Shown here: in pieces, positions 39,116-48,202 of the stretch | Layout: every line of letters begins with the position of its first letter | Position numbering within the stretch: the stretch's first letter is position 1 | Origin: Terracidiphilus sp. | Lineage (GTDB): Bacteria; Acidobacteriota; Terriglobia; Terriglobales; Acidobacteriaceae | Assembly (NCBI GenBank): GCA_049977045.1 | Contig: JBMFHB010000002.1 | Coordinates: 47,355-111,354, forward strand | Length of the DNA stretch: 64,000 nt | Direction of reading: 5' to 3' | Made by a program: the position numbers and the translations under genes | Notes under the pieces: model-generated | What the model was told of the DNA's origin: nothing | The model's input: only the letters and a program-made list of their open reading frames with translations | The model's database searches: none

Positions 39116-39832
39116 ATGAACCGGGAATATCACGAATGGCAATCGGAGCGGCTTGACCGCTCGATGGAGCTGCTTGTCTTTGGCCGTGGAGGCCTGCCCG
39201 TCCTGGTCTTTCCCACCTCCGGCGGGCGCTTCTTCGACATGGAAGACCGAGGCATGGTGGCTGCGCTCAACGACCCGGTCGAAGGCGGGCGGATGCAGCT
39301 CTTTTGCGTCGATTCGATCGACCGCGAAAGCTGGTACAACCTCCAGATCGCGCCCGACCGGCGCGTCGCGCGGCACATGCAGTACGAGGCTTACCTACTC
39401 GACGAGGTCGTGCCGCTCATTCGCCGGATGAACCCAGACCCGCGCCTGATGGCTCTCGGCCTGAGCTTCGGCGGCTATCACGCGGCGAACATTGCCCTGC
39501 GTCATCCGGATCTTTTCAGCGGATTGGTCTCACTCTCCGGCGTCTTCGATCTCACGCTCTTTCTCGATGGTTACTACGACCAGAACTGCTACTTTCACCT
39601 GCCGACGCACTACCTGCCCGGGCTCGAAGACAGTTGGTATCTGGAGCGCATGCGCGCCAGCCAGTACGTACTGGCCAGCGGGTGGGACGACCCATGCCTC
39701 ACCCACAACCAGCAGCTCGATCGCATTCTGACGGAGAAAGGAATCCCGCACCAGTTGCACGTGTGGGATGCGCCGAACTCGCACGACTGGCCAACATGGC
39801 GGCGCATGGCGGCCGCTCTGTTGACCTGCTGA
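39116..39832 (+). CDS. esterase family protein (alpha/beta hydrolase, esterase D-like)
   Basis: LPVLVFPTSGGRFFD and GLSFGGYHA (GxSxG-like nucleophile elbow); start set to ATG 39116. Confidence 0.7.
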   Translation: MNREYHEWQSERLDRSMELLVFGRGGLPVLVFPTSGGRFFDMEDRGMVAALNDPVEGGRMQLFCVDSIDRESWYNLQIAPDRRVARHMQYEAYLLDEVVPLIRRMNPDPRLMALGLSFGGYHAANIALRHPDLFSGLVSLSGVFDLTLFLDGYYDQNCYFHLPTHYLPGLEDSWYLERMRASQYVLASGWDDPCLTHNQQLDRILTEKGIPHQLHVWDAPNSHDWPTWRRMAAALLTC

Positions 39833-39930
39833 CTCGCCAGGGCCTGCTGGCGGTTCGCTCGCTCGTCGTACACTGTTGGCGTGCGAAGTGTGGCGATTCA
39901 ACCATGCCGCCGCGCACGGAGGACCGGCGC

Positions 39931-40917
39931 ATGAAGAAGATCGGCATTCTGTTCGGCGTGGAGAACAGTTTTCCGAGCGCCTTCGTCGAGCGTGTCAATG
40001 CACGCAATCCCGCGGGCATTCGCGCCGAGTTCGTGCTTACTGGCGCCGTTGAGATCGGCCAGGCCCAGCGCTACGCGGTGATTCTCGATCGCATCTCGCA
40101 CGATGTGCCGTTTTACCGCGCGTATCTCAAATATGCGATTCTCAACGGCACGGCTGTCATCAACGATCCTTTCCGGGCCGCGGCCGACGACAAGTTTTAT
40201 AACTATGCGCTCGCCGCGCGGCTCGGCGTGGCTGTTCCGCCCACGGTGCTTTTGCCGCACAAGCAATTGCCTAACGGAACTTCGGACAAGTCGATGCGCA
40301 ACCTGGAGTTCCCGCTCGACTGGGATGCCGTGTTTGCCGCCGTGGGCGAGCATGGATTCCTGAAGCCCATCGACGGCGGCGGCTGGCGCGATGTGCACGA
40401 GGTGCGGGGGCGCGAAGAGTTCTTCAGCGCCTTCGACCAGTCGCGCGATCTGTGCATGGTCTTTCAAAAGGCGGTCGACTACAGCGAGTACTTTCGGTGT
40501 TTTGTGGTGGGGCAGAAGAAGGTGCGCGTCATGCCGTACGATCCGCGCCGGCCCTTTGCTGAACGCTATCTGAAAGACTCGGCTCGGCCCAGAACCCTGC
40601 GCGCGCGGCTGCTTTGGAGAAAGATGGAAGAAGACGCCCTGAAGCTCTGCCGCGCGCTCGGCTACGAGTTGAACTCCGTCGAGTTCGCCGTCCAGGACGG
40701 GATTCCGTACGCGATCGACTTCATGAATCCCGTGCCTGACGCCGATGTGCATTCGGTGGGCGAGGAGCATTTCGCGTGGATTGTCGATCACGTGGCCAAG
40801 ATGGCGATTGCGCGGGCGCGGTCATCGGAGGGCGAAGCGGGATTGCCCCGGCCTCGGCCTGCGGCTTTCGGCGCAGCAAGAAGTTCCCGGAAGCGTGCTG
40901 GAAAGAACAAGAAGTAA
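39931..40917 (+). CDS. ATP-grasp domain protein (RimK/glutathione-synthetase-like ligase)
   Basis: MKKIGILFG...; HGFLKPIDGGGWRDV ATP-grasp core; basic C-terminal tail. The upstream 600 nt of the ORF-track frame overlaps the esterase gene and is discarded. Confidence 0.7.
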   Translation: MKKIGILFGVENSFPSAFVERVNARNPAGIRAEFVLTGAVEIGQAQRYAVILDRISHDVPFYRAYLKYAILNGTAVINDPFRAAADDKFYNYALAARLGVAVPPTVLLPHKQLPNGTSDKSMRNLEFPLDWDAVFAAVGEHGFLKPIDGGGWRDVHEVRGREEFFSAFDQSRDLCMVFQKAVDYSEYFRCFVVGQKKVRVMPYDPRRPFAERYLKDSARPRTLRARLLWRKMEEDALKLCRALGYELNSVEFAVQDGIPYAIDFMNPVPDADVHSVGEEHFAWIVDHVAKMAIARARSSEGEAGLPRPRPAAFGAARSSRKRAGKNKK

Positions 40918-41084
40918 TCCGGGGCAATGCCAGGGCAAGCGCATTTGGATAGGCGTCCAGCGACTTGAAGCGCGTTTGCCCTCTGGGCGATGCGGCTGGT
41001 GGAGAGCCTGAAGCGTCGGGCCTGGATCGTCATGCGGCCCCAAATCCCGGAGTTGGGATCTGGGCACCGGTCGAAACAGTAGTT

Positions 41085-41591
41085 TTATTTCGCGCCGGCG
41101 GCGGCCATCGCCTTCCGCATGCGGTCCTCGGCGTCGGCGGGCCAGTACGCGCAGCCGAGCTCGAAGAAGACAGTTGTGTAGGGGATGGTCAGCTCGGTCT
41201 TGATAATCAGCACGCGAAAGACCTGCGAGACCTGGTCGAGTTTGGCGATAATCTCCTCGTGCAAAAGTTCTTTCGCCGAAGAGCCAAACATCTGGGCGAG
41301 ATGCGCGCGGTAGGCGGTAACGCCGGGCGCGTCCTTTTCGGAGACGAAGGCCAGCTCGCGGTCGAGGTAGATGTTGGAGCGCACATGGCGGCTGGCGTTG
41401 ATGGCGTCGGCCACCTTGCGCGCCACTTCGAGCTGTCCGGCGCCGGAGACAATCGTCTCAATGCCCGGCTTGGATTGCGCGGGATAGGCAGAGTCTGCAA
41501 CCACGATCCAGTTGCGGTGGCCGTAGAGCGGCAGCACGGTTTCCAGTTCCCGTTCCCACTCGGGTTTTGTCAGTCTTGGCGCATCAGCCAT
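41085..41591 (-). CDS. RbsD/FucU family protein (sugar mutarotase/pyranase-like)
   Basis: LPLYGHRNWIVVADSAYPA parallels the GHGDEIIFSDAHFPA motif of FucU (recalled from memory, not aligned). Confidence 0.55.
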   Translation of the reverse strand: MADAPRLTKPEWERELETVLPLYGHRNWIVVADSAYPAQSKPGIETIVSGAGQLEVARKVADAINASRHVRSNIYLDRELAFVSEKDAPGVTAYRAHLAQMFGSSAKELLHEEIIAKLDQVSQVFRVLIIKTELTIPYTTVFFELGCAYWPADAEDRMRKAMAAAGAK

Positions 41592-41648
41592 GGTGTCCTC
41601 GTTTCAAGCAGCGGCGCTGGCGGGGGCGGCGGCGCCAGCAAAGCCGGG

Positions 41649-42716
41649 CTATTTCAATTCCTCGTCGGCGCAGACGGCCACTTTACCGCACTTGCCGGAT
41701 GCCATTAGCGCGTAGGCATCGCCGGCGCTCTGCAGCGGAAAACGGTGCGTGATGATATCGGCCGGGTGCAGATTCCAGCGTACCAGCCGCTCCACCAGTT
41801 CTTCCATGAGCCAGGTGGAAGTGACCCACGAGCCGTAAAGCGTCTTTTGATCGTGAATCAAATCGGGCGAGGGGTTGAACTCGACGCGCCCGCCTTCACC
41901 GAGGAAGACGATGCGGCCCCACTTGCGTGTGGCGCGAATCGCAGTGGCGCGGGCCTGGTCGTTAGCCGAGCAGTCGACGGCGCGCTCCACGCCCATCCCT
42001 GCCGTCAGACGCTTCACCTCGGCCACGTTGTCAGGGCCGGACCTTAAAACCTCGTCGCAAAGGCCAAGGTCTTTGGCGATTTTCATCCGCTCCGGCACCA
42101 CGTCGATGCCGATGATCTTGTTGGCGCCGAGCTTGCGGCAGAGCGCGCCGGTGGCCAGACCCACCGGACCGAGGCCAGTGATGAGCACCGCGTGGTTGCC
42201 ATCGATGCCGATTTTTTCCAGGCCCTCGTAGACGGTGCCGAACCCGCAGGCCACCTGCGCGCCGTCGGCGTAGGAGAGCGCGTCGGGCAGGGCGATCAGA
42301 TCCTTCTCTTCGGCGATCATGAACTCGGCCATGCCGCCGTCGCGCTGCCAGCCGTAGGCGCGGCGATACTTCTCACTGGTGCAGGAGATCATGTAGCCGC
42401 GGCGGCAGTCGTTGCACACACCACAGCCCGAGATGTGATAGACAATCACGCGTTCACCAACGTTGAAACGGCGGCAGCCGGGGCCGGTGGCGACGATCTG
42501 GCCGCAAGGCTCGTGGCCGGCGATCACACCCTGGTAGCCCTCGGGGCCTTTCCCGAGGTGTTCGTGATAAATGCAGCGGATGTCGGAGCCGCAGATGGTC
42601 GAGGCCTTGACGCGCACAAGGACTTCGCCGTGGCCCGGCTCGGGCACAGGCACGGTGCGCATCTCGACGGTGGAATTGCCGGGCAGGTAAGCGGCGGTCA
42701 TGGTGGACGGAAGCAT
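41649..42716 (-). CDS. zinc-dependent medium-chain alcohol/polyol dehydrogenase
   Basis: GHEPCG catalytic zinc motif, structural-zinc Cys cluster CGVCNDCRRGYMISC, GLGPVG Rossmann motif. Confidence 0.85.
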   Translation of the reverse strand: MLPSTMTAAYLPGNSTVEMRTVPVPEPGHGEVLVRVKASTICGSDIRCIYHEHLGKGPEGYQGVIAGHEPCGQIVATGPGCRRFNVGERVIVYHISGCGVCNDCRRGYMISCTSEKYRRAYGWQRDGGMAEFMIAEEKDLIALPDALSYADGAQVACGFGTVYEGLEKIGIDGNHAVLITGLGPVGLATGALCRKLGANKIIGIDVVPERMKIAKDLGLCDEVLRSGPDNVAEVKRLTAGMGVERAVDCSANDQARATAIRATRKWGRIVFLGEGGRVEFNPSPDLIHDQKTLYGSWVTSTWLMEELVERLVRWNLHPADIITHRFPLQSAGDAYALMASGKCGKVAVCADEELK

Positions 42717-42842
42717 TTCTTTACTCCAGATTCTTTGAGCCAGCAGCCGTTAGCCGAAAGCTTATCTTGTGGAAGCGCGCTCTTCCTGGACTCTTTGCAG
42801 CCTTCGAAGCTACAGGTTACCGGCCGATGCCTACAGGCCGTT

Positions 42843-43880
42843 TCACTGCGCGATTTCCCCATTCGGATCCCAGAGATCTTCCCAGCTCTGGCCGTCCTTC
42901 CACAGAAAAACCTGGCCTTTGATGAAGCGGCAGTTGCGGTCGATCCCCGCGATCGCGCGCATCTCTTCGCCGGTGAACGGCTCGCCTGCTGCGGCCGCAA
43001 GATTCTCGCGATAGTGATGCACAGAAAACGGAATGGGGGTCTGCCCACGCTGGACGGCCCACCGGATGCAAACTGCCGCGGGATGCATTCCGCGCCGATG
43101 GGCGATCTCCACAATCACAGGATCCTCCGTGGGCACGGTATCCTCCGGCGTGCGGTCGCGATCCGGGCGCGCTGGCGAGCCGATGGGGCAGTAGCCGACC
43201 GGCTGGATGCCGTTTTCAACGACAAAACGGAACAGTTCCGGCTGCTGGAAGTGTGGATGCAGCTCCATCTCGTTTACCGCGGGCCTGATGCGCGCATCGC
43301 GCAGCAGGAGCTTGAGCTTGGGGATGGTCATGTTCGAGGTGCCGATGTGCCGCACCAGTCCCATGTCGACAAGCTCTTCCATCTTGCGCCAGGTCTTCAT
43401 AAAGTTTTCGTGAATGTAGGGCCTGGCGCCGGGTGAACGCGAGGTCACGTCGCAGCCCGGCGGATGGAAGTTGGGAAACGGCCAGTGCACCAGGTAGAGG
43501 TCTAGGTACTCAAGGCGCAGGTCGGCAAGCGACTGGCGGCAAGCGGCGATCACGTCGTCTTCGCCGTGCTTGTCGTTCCAGAGCTTGGAAGCGATCCACA
43601 AATCTTCGCGCTTGATTCCGCTCCGCAGAATGGCCTCAAAGGAGGCGCCAATCTCCGCCTCGTTGCCGTAGACCGAGGCGCAGTCAAAATGCCGGTATCC
43701 GACAGCGGCCGCGCCCTTCACGGCCTCGGCAATTTCTATTGCGGAAACGTGGTCGGAGCCGAAAGTACCGAGGCCGATGGCGGGCATCGATGCGCCAGTC
43801 GCAAGTGTGCGTTGCGGAATTGCCGCCGGATCGATCGCTGCGGGTGCGGCTGGATGGGCCATGTCTGCTCTGCCTTGCAT
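42843..43880 (-). CDS. aldo/keto reductase
   Basis: HFDCASVYGNE, WNDKH and LHPHFQQ motifs (AKR catalytic D/Y/K/H tetrad contexts). Confidence 0.85.
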   Translation of the reverse strand: MQGRADMAHPAAPAAIDPAAIPQRTLATGASMPAIGLGTFGSDHVSAIEIAEAVKGAAAVGYRHFDCASVYGNEAEIGASFEAILRSGIKREDLWIASKLWNDKHGEDDVIAACRQSLADLRLEYLDLYLVHWPFPNFHPPGCDVTSRSPGARPYIHENFMKTWRKMEELVDMGLVRHIGTSNMTIPKLKLLLRDARIRPAVNEMELHPHFQQPELFRFVVENGIQPVGYCPIGSPARPDRDRTPEDTVPTEDPVIVEIAHRRGMHPAAVCIRWAVQRGQTPIPFSVHHYRENLAAAAGEPFTGEEMRAIAGIDRNCRFIKGQVFLWKDGQSWEDLWDPNGEIAQ

Positions 43881-44114
43881 GAAGTATAGTTATCGCTGAC
43901 TTTGAAGAGAATAGTCTAACGCGGCACGAGTGTCAATCGGCTCCTTTTGTTGGGCGTTGTTGGGCGAAAAAACGCGGCCTGAGCGCCGCCAGCGGAGATA
44001 GTGGAGTTGGAAGATCTGTGCTGACAGGCGGCCACGTTCCATGCAAGAGGCACTTGTCGCTCAAGCCGCGTTGCGGCGTCCGAGACCATGCATGTATCTC
44101 GACTGGCGATGGAC

Positions 44115-44225
44115 GCGGGTCTGGAGACCCGCACTACAGCCGATCTGGAGATCGGCTGTACGGGTAGGCGGCACGGGTAGGCTGTACGGGTAGGCGGCAC
44201 GGAGATCGGTGGTACGGGGGAGACG
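44115..44225. repeat. complex repeat: two TGGA-loop hairpins followed by ~26-nt degenerate tandem repeats
   Basis: GCGGGTC-TGGA-GACCCGC (44115-44132); TACAGCCGATC-TGGA-GATCGGCTGTA (44135-44160); GTACGGGTAGGCGGCAC repeated at 44158-44174 and 44184-44200. Confidence 0.7.
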
Positions 44226-44267
44226 GTTTTTCCCCAAGCCGTCCAAGGTGTTTTAGTAAACTGGTTT

Positions 44268-45875
44268 ATGAGCACAACCGGCAATTCAGCAGAGACCTTC
44301 AAGGCCGCCCACAGCGAATGGCGGCCTACGGTAAATCCGTGGATGGTCGCGCTCAGTGTCATGCTGGCCACGTTCATGGTGGTGCTCGACTCCTCGATTG
44401 CCAACGTCGCGCTGCCGCACATCGCGGGCAGTTTGTCCGCGTCCACCGACGAATCCACATGGGTGCTGACCAGCTACCTGGTCGCAAACGGCATCATGCT
44501 GCCGGCTTCAGGATGGCTGGCTCGGCGCATTGGCCGCAAACGCCTGCTGATGCTTTCGATTCTGGGTTTTACCGGCGCGTCGATTCTCTGCGGCATGTCG
44601 CTGAATATGCCCATGTTGATTGTGGCGCGGGTGCTGCAAGGGGCGGGCGGCGGCGGCCTGCAGCCACTGGCGCAATCCATCCTGCTCGAAAGCTTTCCGC
44701 CAGAAAAGCACGGCAAGGCCATGGCCGCCTATGGGATGGGCACCGTCGTCGCGCCGGTCATCGGCCCAACGCTGGGCGGATGGATCACCGACAGCTACTC
44801 CTGGCGCTGGATCTTCTACATCAATCTTCCGGTCGGTCTGCTGGCGCTGTTCATGACCAGCCTTTACATCGAAGACCCGCCCTATCTGCGCCACGTAGTG
44901 CGTACGGCAGTTGATCGCCTCGGCTTTGGGATGATGGCGGTCTGGCTGGGGGCGATGCAACTGGTTCTCGACAAGGGCCAGGAGGCGGATTGGTTTGGAA
45001 CCACATGGATCTGCTGGTGCACTGCAATCTCCGCTGCGGCATTTCTTGCCTTCGTCGCGCGCGAGTTGATCTGCCGCGATCCCATCGTGCAGTTGCGCGC
45101 GCTGCTCGACCGCAACTTCTGTATAGGAACGCTCATTACGGGACTCTTCGGCGTTCTGCTCTACGGCGTCACCGCCTTTCTGCCGCTGTTTCTGCAGACG
45201 CTGCTAGGCTATTCGGCGATGGACAGCGGCCTGACGGTAAGCCCGCGCGGACTGGGCGCGATGCTGGCGATGCTGCTGGTGGGCGCGCTGATGAGCCATT
45301 TTGATTCCCGCGCGCTGCTGGCCGTGGGGCTGGGCATCTTCGCGCTCTCCACCTTTTCGCTCAGCCGCATCAATCTTGGCATCGCCATGAGCAACGTGAT
45401 CTGGCCGAACTTCTGGAACGGTTTTGGCGGCGGATTTGTCTTCGTGCCGCTCACCACGCTGGCCATGGGCCGGCTGCGCAAGCAGGAGATGGGCAACGCC
45501 GCCGGCATTTACAACCTGGTTCGCAATATCGGCGGCAGCATCGGAATCGCCGCGCTCACTGCGTCGCAGGTGCGCGGGTCGCAGATCCACCAGAGCTACC
45601 TGGGCGCCCACCTGAATGCGGGTAATCCTGTTGCCGCCGGCGCCCTTCGGGAGCTCGGTTCCCGGTTCCAGACCGGCGGCGCCGATGCCGTGCTGTCGCA
45701 TCGCGAGGCGTTGGGCGCGGTATACCGCAGCTTGCAGCAGCAAGCCGCCGTGCTCGCCTACGCGGACAACTTCCGTTTCCTCGGATATCTGGCGCTGGCC
45801 TGCATTCCACTGGCCCTGCTGCTCAAGCGGCCCGAACCTGGATCGAAGAGCCGCCACGAGGTGGTCGCCGAGTAG
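44268..45875 (+). CDS. MFS transporter, DHA2 (EmrB/QacA-like, 14-TMS) family
   Basis: 535 aa; LDSSIANVALPHI and GWLARRIGRKR motifs. Confidence 0.9.
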   Translation: MSTTGNSAETFKAAHSEWRPTVNPWMVALSVMLATFMVVLDSSIANVALPHIAGSLSASTDESTWVLTSYLVANGIMLPASGWLARRIGRKRLLMLSILGFTGASILCGMSLNMPMLIVARVLQGAGGGGLQPLAQSILLESFPPEKHGKAMAAYGMGTVVAPVIGPTLGGWITDSYSWRWIFYINLPVGLLALFMTSLYIEDPPYLRHVVRTAVDRLGFGMMAVWLGAMQLVLDKGQEADWFGTTWICWCTAISAAAFLAFVARELICRDPIVQLRALLDRNFCIGTLITGLFGVLLYGVTAFLPLFLQTLLGYSAMDSGLTVSPRGLGAMLAMLLVGALMSHFDSRALLAVGLGIFALSTFSLSRINLGIAMSNVIWPNFWNGFGGGFVFVPLTTLAMGRLRKQEMGNAAGIYNLVRNIGGSIGIAALTASQVRGSQIHQSYLGAHLNAGNPVAAGALRELGSRFQTGGADAVLSHREALGAVYRSLQQQAAVLAYADNFRFLGYLALACIPLALLLKRPEPGSKSRHEVVAE

Positions 45876-45889
45876 CGATTCCGATGTGT

Positions 45890-46627
45890 CTACGCCTCAA
45901 CCCGCACCAGCAGACATGTACTGTTGTCGTGCCCGCCGGCGCTGTTGGCGGCTTCGATCAGGCGCGCGCACAGCTCCGGAAGCGGAAGATCGCGCTTCAT
46001 CAGTGTTTCGAGCTGCGCATCCGGGATCTCGCGCGTAAGCCCATCGGAACAGAGCAGATAAAGATCGCCAGGTTCGGCCGCAAGCTCGAAAATGTCCGGC
46101 GTCACTGAGCCTTGCGTGCCCAGGGCGCGCGTAATCACGTTCCTGAGAGGTGAGCGATCTGCTTCCAGACGATCCATGCGGCCCATGCGCACCTGCTCCT
46201 CGACCAGCGAATGGTCGAGCGTAATCTGCTTCAACTGCGCGTTGCGCATACGATAACCACGGCTGTCACCCACGTTGATCATGTAACCGTGGTGGCCTTC
46301 GGTGAGCAGTCCTACCAGCGTCGTTCCCATGCCGTTCAGATTGCGGCTCTGTGTTGCGCGCGCGAAGATGGTTGCATTTGCGGTAGAGACCGCACTTTCC
46401 GCTTCGTCAAACAGCGAGCGCGCCGCATCGCGCCTGGTAAGCACCCGCATCATCTCGTCGACAGCCAGGGAACTGGCCACCTCCCCCGCGGCCGCACCAC
46501 CCATCCCGTCGCAAACAACGTAGACGCCGTGCTCGACGGAGTAGCCGAAGGCATCTTCATTGGTGGCCCGCTTGCGGCCGCGATCCGTGGCCGCCGCGGC
46601 CGAGTAGTGTACGCCGGATGTGGCCAA
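45890..46627 (-). CDS. PP2C-family Ser/Thr protein phosphatase
   Basis: RKRATNEDAF, VCDGMGGAAAGEVAS and GGHDNSTCLLV motifs; TTG start preceded by GGAGGAG. Confidence 0.9.
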   Translation of the reverse strand: MATSGVHYSAAAATDRGRKRATNEDAFGYSVEHGVYVVCDGMGGAAAGEVASSLAVDEMMRVLTRRDAARSLFDEAESAVSTANATIFARATQSRNLNGMGTTLVGLLTEGHHGYMINVGDSRGYRMRNAQLKQITLDHSLVEEQVRMGRMDRLEADRSPLRNVITRALGTQGSVTPDIFELAAEPGDLYLLCSDGLTREIPDAQLETLMKRDLPLPELCARLIEAANSAGGHDNSTCLLVRVEA

Positions 46628-46665
46628 ATTGCTCCTCCGTGGCTCAGTGTACCGAAAAACAGTGG

Positions 46666-46682
46666 TCAGTGGTCAGTGGTCA
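46666..46682 (-). repeat. heptad repeat (CCACTGA x3, minus strand) starting at the native stop of the upstream gene
   Basis: Plus-strand TCA at 46680-46682 (native stop), 46673-46675 and 46666-46668 gives three minus-strand TGA in three frames. Confidence 0.8.
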
Positions 46683-48035
46683 CTGTCCTCCCGGCACGGG
46701 CGGCGCTGGAGGCAGATCGAAGATCTGGATGGCGCCGGCGTTGAGAATCGCCACGCGCCGGCCGGAGGGCGAGACGGCTACATTGCCGCCGGCATCCAGC
46801 ATGGGGCTGAGCGGCGAGACAAACGCGATGTCGCCAGTGGCTGCGTCGAAGACCGTCACCGACTGCTCCTTCACGTCGTCGGAGTCCATGGGAGCAAAGG
46901 GGCCCACGGGACGGAGGGTATCGAGCGTGGACCATGCCATGCGCGAGCCGTTGGACGCTACGGTCAACTGCGGCCACACCTGAGTTGGCGGCGCCTGCGA
47001 GATCCACAGCGTTCTTCCTTCGGTCGTCATCGCCACCAGCTTGCGCGCTCCCTCCGTATTGCATCCCTCGATCAGAATCTCGTTCTCCGAAAGAAAGTTG
47101 TCGATGGGGTCGCAAGCGGTTTCTACGCTGCCCAGCATCTTGCTGCCGCCGGTGAAGTAGCCCAGATTCAAAATCCAGCCCATGCTCTGACCGCGCAGGT
47201 TTTCAAGATATCCCTTGGAGTTGATGGGCAAATGCACGGGCGTCCGCACGCGGCTGACCAGCATCACCTGTCCGGTGTCGCGCCGCAGGATGCGCACGAC
47301 GAGGTCGGGTGGATTGCCCGCGGTCTCTTCTTCATCCTCGCCCGCGGCAGCTGCGCCGGTTGCAGCCGGCGCGTTCGAGTCATCTGGCGATTCCCGTGTT
47401 CCAGCCACCGGCTCGTCGGAATTCGACACCAGGTACTGCTGCTCTGGATTGAGTTCGACCGAGAGCAGCGGCCCGGGAAATTCAAGATAGGGCTTCAGCT
47501 TGAGAGTGGCGTCGCCTTCGAGAAGATTGTTGCGGTCACGCAGAAGAAAGTGGCCGTCCTTGAGCGGCCACAGGTAGCGCATACGATCGTGCAGCGTCCA
47601 CAATCCCTCGGCCTCTACTTGAGCCTCGCCCGTTCCCTGCGGCAGCCGAAGCACCAGGGCGCGAATCTCGCGCTCGTAGCTATTTTCGCCGCTTTTGGAG
47701 GAGCGATGGATGAGCCCCGGCACGCGAAACGTGAAAAGCAGGTGGTTCTCATCGAGAAAATCAAGCGAAACAAAGGTATTGCGCGCGCCCAGATAGTTGA
47801 TATTCGGCGCCGTGAAACCAAGCGGATCGAGAGGAATGCTGGCAGAGGGCGCAAGCGACGGCTGGGCGGGAAAACGATCGGTCATCAATCGCGCTTTCAC
47901 CGACGGTGCAGGAGGACCGATGCCGTTTTGCGCCCGGAGGATGTGGGCAAAAGAGCACAGCACAGCAACCACGGCCAGAGCGGCCACCACCCTCCGAACA
48001 ACCTCAGCCATGCCGATTCCCTGCCGCGTCGCCAT
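46680..48035 (-). CDS. exported protein of unknown function (possibly beta-propeller-like)
   Basis: Signal-like N-terminus (VVRRVVAALAVVAVLCSFAHILRAQ) and an acidic low-complexity insert. Co-directional with the PP2C gene. No family recognised. Confidence 0.5.
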   Translation of the reverse strand: MATRQGIGMAEVVRRVVAALAVVAVLCSFAHILRAQNGIGPPAPSVKARLMTDRFPAQPSLAPSASIPLDPLGFTAPNINYLGARNTFVSLDFLDENHLLFTFRVPGLIHRSSKSGENSYEREIRALVLRLPQGTGEAQVEAEGLWTLHDRMRYLWPLKDGHFLLRDRNNLLEGDATLKLKPYLEFPGPLLSVELNPEQQYLVSNSDEPVAGTRESPDDSNAPAATGAAAAGEDEEETAGNPPDLVVRILRRDTGQVMLVSRVRTPVHLPINSKGYLENLRGQSMGWILNLGYFTGGSKMLGSVETACDPIDNFLSENEILIEGCNTEGARKLVAMTTEGRTLWISQAPPTQVWPQLTVASNGSRMAWSTLDTLRPVGPFAPMDSDDVKEQSVTVFDAATGDIAFVSPLSPMLDAGGNVAVSPSGRRVAILNAGAIQIFDLPPAPPVPGGQ

Positions 48036-48202
48036 CGAAGAGTATTTTCGCCGATGTGGGCTTGACGGCGAAAGCCTGCCTGTTTCTGGTGAACTGGATC
48101 GAGCGCGCAAAGCTGCGAACCACCCACTGATCGCGTGAAGAAAAGGCGCTTCGCCCCGGCCGCGCGAACCCTGCACGGGTATTGTGCGACATTAATGAAA
48201 GG

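Noticed and set aside
39304-39930. The upstream ~209 codons (627 nt) of the 537-aa ORF that contains the ATP-grasp gene.
   Set aside because: This part overlaps the esterase gene in another frame and is Arg/Pro-rich with no motifs. The ATP-grasp similarity begins at MKKIGILFG (39931).
44115-44225. CRISPR-like array, considered for this region and for the heptad repeats.
   Set aside because: The repeat units are too short and degenerate, are contiguous with no unique spacers, and no cas genes are present in the window.
43916-44458. 180-aa minus-strand ORF between the AKR and MFS genes.
   Set aside because: It reads through the hairpin/tandem-repeat array and overlaps the MFS start; its composition is repeat-derived.
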